Shown: positions 38,212 through 46,825 of the stretch, piece after piece
Layout: every line of letters begins with the position of its first letter
Numbering within the stretch: the stretch's first letter is position 1
NCBI RefSeq assembly: GCF_000142905.1
Contig: NW_013657656.1
Coordinates: 52,327 to 116,326, forward strand
Direction: 5' to 3'
Length of the DNA: 64,000 nt
Origin: Thecamonas trahens ATCC 50062
Taxonomy: Eukaryota > Protista > Apusomonadida
Made by a program: the position numbers and the translations under genes
The notes under the pieces: generated by a model
Told to the model about the DNA's origin: nothing
The model's database searches: none
Seen by the model: only the letters and a program-made list of their open reading frames with translations

Positions 38212-39894
38212 TCATTGGGAGCTGGCACTCGCGCCCGCTCGCCGCAGCCGGCGCTGGCGGTAGTTGAAGACCGGCGTAAAGAGCTCGGTCATCGCCTTAC
38301 GCTCGGCCTTGGCCCACGCCTGCAGGACCTTGGCCCGCTCGTCGCGCGTCTCGGCGGATGCCACTTGCGCCAGCCAGGGCGCCGACGCCGGCGGCGCCGC
38401 AGCTGTTGCCGCCGCCACGTCGTCAGCCGAGCTGACAGCTTGCACGACAACCACAAACGGCATCATGTTCGACAAGTTCACCGCGTGCATGGAAACCACC
38501 ATCAGGCCGACAACGGCTGCAGGCGAGCGTGCAAGCGCAGGCACCAGCAGCTTGAACTGCGGCGTGAAAAGAACCGCACGCCCGGTACCAGGCACCAGCA
38601 CCCGCGCAAGCTCACCCACGAGCTTGACGTACATGCCTCGGAGTTGCGACGTCCGCCCGCACCGGTGGCCAAACGGCAGATCGGCGATGACGCCGTCGAT
38701 TGTCGCGCTGCGCAGCGGCAGCATGCTCGCGTCCCACTGGACCAACTCGGCCGCGCCAAACTGCGGCGGGTCGTCATCGCGGATTCGCCCAGCCGCCAGC
38801 TCATCGCGATTGCTCAGTGCCGTCTCGCAGTTGACGCGAGCAAGCTCGCCAGAGACAAAGACCGCATCCGCCGACGCTGCCGATGATGCGCCCTCGAGCG
38901 CAATAATGCCAGCGCCGCCGGTGACGTCAACCACCACCGCGCCGTGCGGTAGCGGGCCGAGTGCATCAATGAGCCCGTACGCGACAGATGGTTGAAGCGA
39001 GGAGCCTTGCGCCGTGTCGTCGAGCGGCTCGGCCACCCGCGACTGAACAAGTCGCGTCCGCGGCGGGAGAAGCGGCACCGCCATGCACATCCAGTCGCGA
39101 AAGACAAAGACCTCGAGCTCGATCAGATGCTCCAGCATCGAAGCCTTCCAACCGGGGCAAGCATCACACATGACGCTCCCCCAGCTCGCCGAGAGCTGCT
39201 GCGATGACGCGGTGTGGCTCGTCTTGGTTCCGGCCCGGTGCGCCGAGATCTTGAACGTCAGATCGAGCTCGGCCCAGGCCGCCAGCTCCCCGGCTTGAGC
39301 CTGTTCCGACGCCTGGACCTGCGCGGCCAGCGCCCGGACCTTCTCCTCGTCCTCGCGCGCCATCTCAGGGTACGCTTCGCGGCCGCAGGACCAGTCGTCG
39401 ATGGCGAGCCGGCCGATGACGCCCAGCGCTGCGCCGAGCCGCGGCGCCCATCCCGAGTCCATGAGGCCGCCAAAGTACGCCACCAGCTCGGCCGGAGATG
39501 GCTCGTTATCGTTGCGAATGTGCTTCTTCATGGCAGCTTTGATCGCCTGTTTGGCTTGCCCGCGGAGATGTGTCCGGCCGACCTCCTCACGCTTGGCCTG
39601 CCGCAGCTCGGCACGGATCGCTGCAATGCGAGCCTTCTCTGCAGCGATTTCCTCCTCAGAGCGGAAGAACGGCACACCATCCGTCATCTCCACCAAAACC
39701 ATAACGTCCACGACTGACCGCAACCGAACCAGTGCAAGCAGCTCGTCTGCCGTCGGCCACTCGTGCTCCAGCTCGACCAGCAAATGTCCCGGCGACGGCG
39801 TGGCCATGGCCTCCACCCCGAACTTGGCCCGGAGCTCGTCACGGACGCATGCCCCAAACCCTGGATTGAAGAACACCAGATACCGCACAACCAT
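38212..39894 (-). CDS. THUMP-domain RNA m2G methyltransferase (THUMPD3/THUMPD2/Trm14-like)
   Basis: THUMP (TFKISAHRAG..H..SSQQL..WKASM), SLQPSVAYGL, SAM motif VVDVTGGAGII, WDASMLPLRSATIDGVIADLPFG, LYxxLxxELARVL-like segment. Start MVVRYL at 39894. Confidence 0.85.
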   Translation of the reverse strand: MVVRYLVFFNPGFGACVRDELRAKFGVEAMATPSPGHLLVELEHEWPTADELLALVRLRSVVDVMVLVEMTDGVPFFRSEEEIAAEKARIAAIRAELRQAKREEVGRTHLRGQAKQAIKAAMKKHIRNDNEPSPAELVAYFGGLMDSGWAPRLGAALGVIGRLAIDDWSCGREAYPEMAREDEEKVRALAAQVQASEQAQAGELAAWAELDLTFKISAHRAGTKTSHTASSQQLSASWGSVMCDACPGWKASMLEHLIELEVFVFRDWMCMAVPLLPPRTRLVQSRVAEPLDDTAQGSSLQPSVAYGLIDALGPLPHGAVVVDVTGGAGIIALEGASSAASADAVFVSGELARVNCETALSNRDELAAGRIRDDDPPQFGAAELVQWDASMLPLRSATIDGVIADLPFGHRCGRTSQLRGMYVKLVGELARVLVPGTGRAVLFTPQFKLLVPALARSPAAVVGLMVVSMHAVNLSNMMPFVVVVQAVSSADDVAAATAAAPPASAPWLAQVASAETRDERAKVLQAWAKAERKAMTELFTPVFNYRQRRLRRAGASASSQ

Positions 39895-40489
39895 GTCTTG
39901 CTCTCCGCTCTCTCTTGCTGCGGCCAACGAGTCGCGTGTGCCCCAGCTCCCCCCCCCCCTCCCTCCCCCTTCCCTCCCTCCTCTCCAGGGCTCTTTGCGG
40001 ATCAAAGGCGCTGGACCGACCCTGCTCGATCGTGGGAAGAGGAGAGGGCAAGAGACGTCATCGAGGGAGGAGGAGTGATCAGAGGTTGTGGCTGGATTGG
40101 GGAGAGATGTCGCTGTGCAGTATGGAGTCAGCTGATGGTTGGGGGGGGGGGGGGAGGGGAGTAGGGGGGACGGGCGGGTGCGTGTGCGTGGCAGAACTAA
40201 TGTGGACTCGAGTGACGGATGCACCAGTTTAGCGTCGGTGGGCCCATGGATGGAGGCATTTTTGACGATGTCTGCCAGAGATCATAGCCATGTCCAGAGA
40301 ACGAAGCAGTGCTGGTCTTCTCTCCTTCTAGCCGGAGACAACGGCTTACCTCGACCGCCTCAAGCTCCCCATTGGGCTTGACCTGCGGGAGAAGCAGCGC
40401 AGTGGTTTTTGATGATCACTTTTTTCCAGTTGTGCTCACTCTCCACGACTCTGAGGCTTTTGGTGGCGAAGCGACAGAGTGGGAGGCGT

Positions 40490-41428
40490 TCATTTCTGGA
40501 GCAATCCGACCGGAACATGCGGGAAGAGCCCGCTCTGGGCCGATCGCGACTTGGTCCCGAGCCCTGGTCTCTTGCGTGGCTCAGATGCGACTGCACGCTC
40601 GGCGTGGCGCGCGCGGCGACTCGGACCACTTGAGGCGCTGCCGTCGCGGGCTGTGGCACTCCGCGCTAAAGGATGGACCTTTCCGCGACGACCCGAGTGC
40701 ATGCGGGTCGGCGATGGAGCGGCGCGTGTGGCGGGCAATGCGCCAGCTTGCGTTGGCGCGGCAAGTTCGGCCGAGGCCGAGTCGAGATCTTCCGACGAGA
40801 GCGACTCGAGGCAAAGCGAGTCCGTCCCGGATCCGGAGACGGAAGCGGGCGAGTGCGACGGGGCCGAGTGGCGGTTGACAGTTGCCGATGATCCGTTTTC
40901 GGCATCGGATGCTGAGCACGACCTGCTGGCGGCTGCAGGATCGGCGACAAGGAGCAGATCTTTGTCGACGCGCTGCGGCGCCGCCGGAGCTCCGGCGGAG
41001 CAGATCGCAAGCTGGGCGGCGATGCCCTGGAGTACTGCGGCAGCAAGGAGTACGGTCGCGGCGATGTCACGACCAGTGACGCTGACGGTCGCCGGCACGT
41101 TTGCCGTTGCCGCCACTATGGCCGCGCTCAGCCAGACCAGGGCAGCCAACGGAGCCATCTGGGCCGCGGCTACCAAGCGCGTCCAACCGCGTCTGCTACT
41201 GATGTCTGCGGCTACACACAAGCCCGGCACCATGGCCACAAGGCCTGCTCCGACCGTCCATGCCAGAGCCGTGGCGCAGATGGGGCGATCGAGCTCGCGG
41301 TGCCCGAGCACGCCGTCGTTGCGCGTCGCCGCCGCGCTACTCATCGCCGATCCGAGAGTCAGCGCGATCAGGGCAATGCCGATAGCAGCCTGCATGAGGC
41401 CAAGTCCCCACACCATGCTTGGAGCCAT
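40490..41428 (-). CDS. 4-TM membrane protein, paralog of the 36769-38135 gene, with a disordered C-terminal tail
   Basis: GLMQAAIGIALIALTLGSAMSS..GVLGHRELDRP..AWTVGAGLV..LLAAAVLQGIA aligns with the paralog. Confidence 0.7.
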   Translation of the reverse strand: MAPSMVWGLGLMQAAIGIALIALTLGSAMSSAAATRNDGVLGHRELDRPICATALAWTVGAGLVAMVPGLCVAADISSRRGWTRLVAAAQMAPLAALVWLSAAIVAATANVPATVSVTGRDIAATVLLAAAVLQGIAAQLAICSAGAPAAPQRVDKDLLLVADPAAASRSCSASDAENGSSATVNRHSAPSHSPASVSGSGTDSLCLESLSSEDLDSASAELAAPTQAGALPATRAAPSPTRMHSGRRGKVHPLARSATARDGSASSGPSRRARHAERAVASEPRKRPGLGTKSRSAQSGLFPHVPVGLLQK

Positions 41429-41687
41429 AGTTGCGGCTCGAGATGTGTGTCCCCTTGCCTCTCCCCCCTCCCTCCCCGTTGGTTGCCGCCGCTTCCAAAT
41501 CGCTGCCTTCCCGGCAACCAGCCGTGCCACATCCATCCACCAGCCATCCGCCAGCCATCCGCCAGCCATTGCCCCCTTCCCCATCGATCTGCCGATCATG
41601 CGCCATCACGCCCCCCCCCCCCCCCCTACACACACATCCCCTCCCCCCCAATCCAATGGTGTCGTCCACACCACCATCCCCCCTTCA

Positions 41688-41935
41688 CCCCAAATGCCAC
41701 CCCCAAAAGCCACCCAAATGCCGCCCCAAATGCCACCAAATGCCACCCCCAAATGCCACCCAAATACCACCCAAATGCCACCCCCCCCCTTCTCCCCCAA
41801 ATGCCACCCCCAAATGCCACCCAAATGCACCCCCCCCCCTTCTCCCCCAAATGCCACCCCCAAATGCCACCCAAATGCCACCCCAACCCCCACCCTTTTC
41901 CATCCATTCGCCCCCCCAAATGCCACCAAATGGCG
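41688..41935. repeat. C-rich CCCAAATGCCAC-type minisatellite (11-13 bp units) in a divergent intergenic region
   Basis: More than 10 occurrences of ccaaatgcca(c) between the 4-TM gene start (41428,-) and the NUP35 start (42082,+). Confidence 0.9.
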
Positions 41936-42081
41936 CCCATCCTCCCTTTGCCCCCCTTCGCCCCCTTCCCCTCCCTCTCCCCTCCCCCCCTACTACCCCC
42001 CACCCCTTCTCTCTCCCCCCCGCCCCCTCCCCATCCCACCACCACCTCCCCCCCCCCCTCTTCTCCTCCTCCACCCTTCCC

Positions 42082-43341
42082 ATGTCGTACCCCGTGGGCA
42101 AGACCCCGCGTGAGCCCTTTGCCTCCTTCTCCAACCGGCTGCCAGTGACGCCGCGTGAGACCGAGCCCAAGTACCTCCCGTCACACATCCTGGGCAGGAC
42201 GACTGGCAGTGCCTCGCCTGCACCCGACGGACTGAGTGCTGGTCATGGTGGCCTTGCGTATGGCTCGTCCTTTGCCAACTCATCGCATCTCCCCTCATCC
42301 GCCCATCCCGCCGCCCATCCGTCCCATGCCGGTCACGGACATCACCATCATCATCATCATCATCACTCTGGCCTCAACGGAGCCCTCAACTCGAGCAGCT
42401 CGCTCGTCGACCTCCCGCTGCCGCATGGCATGCGCCAGGCCTCGCCTTCCAACCACAGACGCCACATGTCCCCTGGTGGCGAGTATGCCGATCCGCACGG
42501 CCCCCGCTCACGCCACCCGCAACCGCACCATCGCTATCCCTCGCCCATGGCCGCTTCCGCCGGCTCCATGCCCCGGGCCTCGTCGATGGCTCTCTCTTCG
42601 CGCGGCGCCACTCCCTACGGCGACGAGCGCAGCCGCCTGCGCCACCGCGCCCCGTCAGAGTTTGCCGCTTCAGGCGCGAGCGGCTTCCACGGCTACCCTG
42701 GGAGTGAGCACCCCGGCGAGGTCGGCGACGCTGGCGCCAATGCCCCGCCCAAGGCTCTCGGCCAGTCGGTCTACGCCCAGCTCAAGCCGTCGTCGGACAT
42801 CACCGAGTCGCCGGCTGGTCGCACCGGATATCCCAGCGAGGGGCCCGCCGCTCTTGGCGCCTCGGTCAACCGCGGCTCGCTGGCAAACTCGTCGCAGCTC
42901 GGCGCGTCGTCGTCGGCTCCCCGCCACTCGAGCAAGAAAAAGCCGTTTGACAACCGCTGGATCACCGTCTTTGGCTTCCCCACCTCGTCGACTTCGTTCC
43001 TGCTCAAGCACTTTCAGCGCTACGGCGAGATCCTCAACTACCTGCCTGGCCAGGGCAACTGGATCCACATCGAATACGCCCAGCCCATCCACGCCCAGCA
43101 AGCGCTCGCCCGCAACGGCACCATCTTCAATGAGAAGCTCATGATCGGCGTGATGCTCTCGGAGGATGTCGACCCGTACGAGCTCCAGGCTCCCGTCTGG
43201 GGCAACGATGCCATCGGCATCGGTGCCGGTGCTCCTCAGGCACGCATCATCGCAGACGGCCCAGCGTCGTCCGTCTTTAAGCGGCCTACCGCCTCGCGCT
43301 CTTTCATTGCCAAGATCTTCGAGTACCTGTTCGGCTGGTAG
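42082..43341 (+). CDS. NUP35: Nucleoporin NUP35/Nup53
   Basis: Nup35-type RRM WITVFGFP..GNWIHIEYA..AQQALARNG..MIGV; N-terminal YLPSHILG; C-terminal amphipathic helix FIAKIFEYLFGW. Confidence 0.93.
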   Translation: MSYPVGKTPREPFASFSNRLPVTPRETEPKYLPSHILGRTTGSASPAPDGLSAGHGGLAYGSSFANSSHLPSSAHPAAHPSHAGHGHHHHHHHHHSGLNGALNSSSSLVDLPLPHGMRQASPSNHRRHMSPGGEYADPHGPRSRHPQPHHRYPSPMAASAGSMPRASSMALSSRGATPYGDERSRLRHRAPSEFAASGASGFHGYPGSEHPGEVGDAGANAPPKALGQSVYAQLKPSSDITESPAGRTGYPSEGPAALGASVNRGSLANSSQLGASSSAPRHSSKKKPFDNRWITVFGFPTSSTSFLLKHFQRYGEILNYLPGQGNWIHIEYAQPIHAQQALARNGTIFNEKLMIGVMLSEDVDPYELQAPVWGNDAIGIGAGAPQARIIADGPASSVFKRPTASRSFIAKIFEYLFGW

Positions 43342-43407
43342 ACTGCCCGCCATCCTAACCCCCTTCCCTGCCCCCTCTTCCACTAAACTGTGGCCTCGTC
43401 CTCCTCG

Positions 43408-46400
43408 TCACCCTGCTCCGCCAGTCTGACCCGCTCGCTCACGCGTCCGTGTCCGCGCCTCAGCCGCCAGCTCGCTACGGATCTTGCTTCGCAGTGCGTC
43501 GACCTGCTCTGCCGCCAGCCGCTGCGCCTCAGCTTGAATCCGTGCCACCAGCGTGTCTTTGAGCGCCCGAGTCCGCGAGATTTCCTCGCCGAGCGCCGCG
43601 TTGTGCCGCCGGATCGCCGCGTTGAGCTCCACCACCAGATGGTCGCGCTGGCTCGCAAACGCGGCCTCGGCATGGCTCAGCGTCGCACGCAGCGACTCGA
43701 CCTCTAGCAGCAGCCCGCCGCGGCTCCGCACCGGCGATCGTCCCGGCAGCTCGATCGACCTGTCGTGCGTCGACGGCGAGCCCGACAGCATGCTGTCTGA
43801 GCCAAACAGCACCGACGCCACCGACTCGTTCGCCGCTGGGTTCGGGACAACCACCACCTGTGGTGCCGCCTCGTCGACGCCGAGCAGCGGCGCCGACGCC
43901 ACGTCGGCCTCCAGCGCTGCCAGCGTCGCCATCAGTGCCCGCCCGCTCGACTCGAAGAGCTGGCATGCCGCCGGTGTCGGGTTGGCCACAAACTCGCTGC
44001 ACGCCGAGAGCAGCACGCCGCCGCGCGCCGCCACCAGCCTGCTCGACGCCGCCACCAGACCCCGGACCTGGCTGTCCTCGGTAGCGAGCTGCCACTGCCG
44101 CGAGAACCGCGCCAGCGCTGCAAAGCCAGCCTCTAGCTGCGGGACCGCGAGCCGGACTTGGTACCGACCAAGGACCGACGCTGTCTGCGCATCGACCGAC
44201 GCCTGCAGCCCCACCACCGCCGCCACCAGCGGCCCACCAGCCGATGCCGCACGCACCTCGGCCACAATTGCCTCGAGTTCGCTGGCGATGTTGCGGACTC
44301 GCTGTTCCAGTCGATGGTCTGATGCCTGCTCCGAGTCGGGAGCGTGAAGCCGCGCGCCCACAACAAGCGAAAGCTCGCTCAGCATGCCCTCCAGCAGCGT
44401 TTGGTGCTGAGCAAGAGCGTCGGCGACACCAGGCACCGCCACCGACGCCGCCCATGCCTCGATCCGCCGGAACGTCCGCTCAGCAAACGAGTCAAGCATG
44501 TACGCCCACATCTGGAGCTCACTTCCAGACACGTTCTTCCACTCGCGGAGCTTGGCCGTAAAGTCACGAACGACGTCGACGACCGAGTCGCACGCCACCG
44601 ATGAAACCGCAGTGAGCGAGCTGATGGCGTCGTGCAAGTCCGCCACCATAGCCTCGATGTCGTCGGCGACAGCGTTGCTCGGCGCTGTGGCGTACTGCCC
44701 ACACCCGGCCTCAATGCCGGACACCAGCTGGATGACTTCGGCGTGAAGCGGGAGCGCGAGCTCTGCCGCGGCGGGCGACGCCGCCTCTGCCCACCTCGCG
44801 GACGCCCGCTCGAATCTGGCCAGCTGCCGTGCTACTGCGGCGGCGCGCGACGGCGCGCCTACACTAGTGCCCCTGCCTTGTTCGCAGCCGGCCGTGCGGA
44901 GCGCGCGCCCGACTGCGGCACGGACGCTCCTGGCGAGAGCCAGGAGATCGGCACCGGGCTGGACGGCAGCAACAATGGCAGAGAGGTCGTCGCAGGCAGC
45001 GTCAAAAGCAGAGAGGGCGTCGCACAGGCTCGGATCTGCTGTCTCAAGGAGCTGCGGCGGAACCTGACTTCCTGCGCCACTTGTCACGACGGTCACAATG
45101 CCGAGCAAGCTCTGGCAGGCGGTCGCCATACGGTCCGGGAGCAGTTGTGCCGCATTGCGCGCGGCGCCGAACGGACAGGCTGCAAGCCATGCTGCGGCAT
45201 CGGTGGTAAACTGGGAGGCGAGCGACGCGACGACGGCGTGAGAGGCCCGGAGCTGCGGAATCGGCTCTAGGGCCAGCGCGACAGCGAGGTCGTGGACTCG
45301 CCGCGAGAGCAGCGTCGCGGTTGCGCCCAGGTCCAGCAGCGGACGCGCTTCTTCCGCCGCGTCGGCCATGACGCCGAGCGAGAAGAGCTCAGCCCGCGCA
45401 TAAGCCGACGCGTCGAGCTTGTGGGCGACTAGCTGCTTAATGAGCACCTGATTCTGTTCCTGCAGCCTGGCGATTTCGGTAGTTGCGGCAGCAAGCTCTG
45501 CGTCGGCCGAGTCTGCCTCACTCGTGGCTCCGCGCGCATCTGCGAGGTATTTGGCGAGAAACGAGGACGAGCGCGAGAGCCGCTTGGCCTGCTGTGACGT
45601 CCGCCGCATCGATTCTATCGAGTCGGACCGCTCCATACGGGCGGCGGCAATGGCCGGTCGGATCTCCTCAGCAGCGCACCGCGGCGGGTCGGCACAGACC
45701 GCCTCAATGGCGGCAACCTCGGCCACACCAGCAGCCACCGCCGGCGGTGGAGAAGTCTGCTCCGCCTCGTGTTCACAGCCCGAGCAGCTTGAACCAACGC
45801 TCGCTTCTTCGTCGCTAAACTCGAGCCGCACCGGCTGCGGCGAGCCAGCCTTGGGCGCCGCGACCTGTGGCGGCGCTGCAACTCTCGGCGAGTCGTCCTC
45901 GGACGAGCTGGAGTACTCGGACGAGTCCGAGACTACAAACCTGGCAGTCGAGTTGCCGAATCGGGACAGGCTCGAGTTCGCTGAGCCAATGTTCGAGACA
46001 ACAACGTCTGAAGTCCTTGGCGGGACGGGACTGAGCACCTCGTCCGGCTTGGGGCTGGCGAAGCTCTCTCCCGCCAGCGCGGAGATGTCCTGGCGATGCG
46101 CCGCCAGCGCGATCAGGAGAAGCGGCTTGACGTCTGCGGCTGACGCGAGCCACGCTGCGAGGACGGCTGGAAACGGCGAGTCCCTTGGCCCCGCGGCACG
46201 GACAACCTTTGCAAGCGCGTCGAGGGCAGCGACATTGGCCGGTGGCAGCGCGCCCAAAAGCGCGTCCATCTGGTCGCACGCGCCCGACGAGTCGATGATC
46301 GACGCTGTGATCTCAAACAGCAGCACCGAATCGCGCAGCAGCTTGCCATCCGGCAACGTACGCCTCACTCGTCTCAGCACCTCCCGGGCCGCAATCTCGC

Positions 46401-46521
46401 TCTCACTCCCACCATCTGCATCGAGCGCGAACTGCGCTGACGGCTCAAAGACCGGAAGCACCTCTGCCGCCTCTGCCAGCACCGTCTCAAGCGCCATCTT
46501 CTGAGCCGCAATGTCTCCCAT
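43408..46521 (-). CDS. Large helical protein: degenerate RhoGAP-like N-terminus plus vinculin/alpha-catenin-like helical bundles and a C-terminal coiled coil (tentative)
   Basis: 1037-aa ORF. VLRRVRRTLPDGKLL..LLGALPPANVAALDAL resembles RhoGAP helices; repeated helix-[FY]xxxP-helix segments resemble vinculin-family bundles. The ORF is solid; the domain calls are weak. Confidence 0.5.
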   Translation of the reverse strand: MGDIAAQKMALETVLAEAAEVLPVFEPSAQFALDADGGSESEIAAREVLRRVRRTLPDGKLLRDSVLLFEITASIIDSSGACDQMDALLGALPPANVAALDALAKVVRAAGPRDSPFPAVLAAWLASAADVKPLLLIALAAHRQDISALAGESFASPKPDEVLSPVPPRTSDVVVSNIGSANSSLSRFGNSTARFVVSDSSEYSSSSEDDSPRVAAPPQVAAPKAGSPQPVRLEFSDEEASVGSSCSGCEHEAEQTSPPPAVAAGVAEVAAIEAVCADPPRCAAEEIRPAIAAARMERSDSIESMRRTSQQAKRLSRSSSFLAKYLADARGATSEADSADAELAAATTEIARLQEQNQVLIKQLVAHKLDASAYARAELFSLGVMADAAEEARPLLDLGATATLLSRRVHDLAVALALEPIPQLRASHAVVASLASQFTTDAAAWLAACPFGAARNAAQLLPDRMATACQSLLGIVTVVTSGAGSQVPPQLLETADPSLCDALSAFDAACDDLSAIVAAVQPGADLLALARSVRAAVGRALRTAGCEQGRGTSVGAPSRAAAVARQLARFERASARWAEAASPAAAELALPLHAEVIQLVSGIEAGCGQYATAPSNAVADDIEAMVADLHDAISSLTAVSSVACDSVVDVVRDFTAKLREWKNVSGSELQMWAYMLDSFAERTFRRIEAWAASVAVPGVADALAQHQTLLEGMLSELSLVVGARLHAPDSEQASDHRLEQRVRNIASELEAIVAEVRAASAGGPLVAAVVGLQASVDAQTASVLGRYQVRLAVPQLEAGFAALARFSRQWQLATEDSQVRGLVAASSRLVAARGGVLLSACSEFVANPTPAACQLFESSGRALMATLAALEADVASAPLLGVDEAAPQVVVVPNPAANESVASVLFGSDSMLSGSPSTHDRSIELPGRSPVRSRGGLLLEVESLRATLSHAEAAFASQRDHLVVELNAAIRRHNAALGEEISRTRALKDTLVARIQAEAQRLAAEQVDALRSKIRSELAAEARTRTRERAGQTGGAG

Positions 46522-46596
46522 AGTGACTCTGGCTACCTGTCGACCGCAATCAGGAGCAGATCAACCACGCACTGTAACGCCAGTCGCTCACCCCCT

Positions 46597-46668
46597 GCCA
46601 GTCGTCCACGCCCCCCAGCCAATCGTCCACGCGTCCCCAGCCAGTCGTCCACGCCCCCCAGCCAGTCA
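46597..46668. repeat. ~21-bp tandem repeat (3+ copies) in a divergent intergenic region
   Basis: GCCAGTCGTCCACGCCCCCCA at 46597, 46618 (22-nt variant), 46640, partial at 46661. Confidence 0.85.
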
Positions 46669-46825
46669 CCCCAGTCACATCCACACACCACATGAGTCCC
46701 CTCCATCCCCCTCCATCCCCCCTTCCCTCCTCCCCACCCAGCACCGTACCCCTCCCCGCCGAAGAGCAGTGTGCCACCGAGCACCGCTCTCTCTCCCCCT
46801 CCCCCCCCCCCCCCCCCCCCCGCCC

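Noticed and set aside
41300-42188. Pro-rich or Gly/Trp-rich ORFs over the CCAAATGCCA repeats; telomeric repeat
   Set aside because: Translations of a non-coding minisatellite; the unit is irregular and not a TTAGGG-like telomere.
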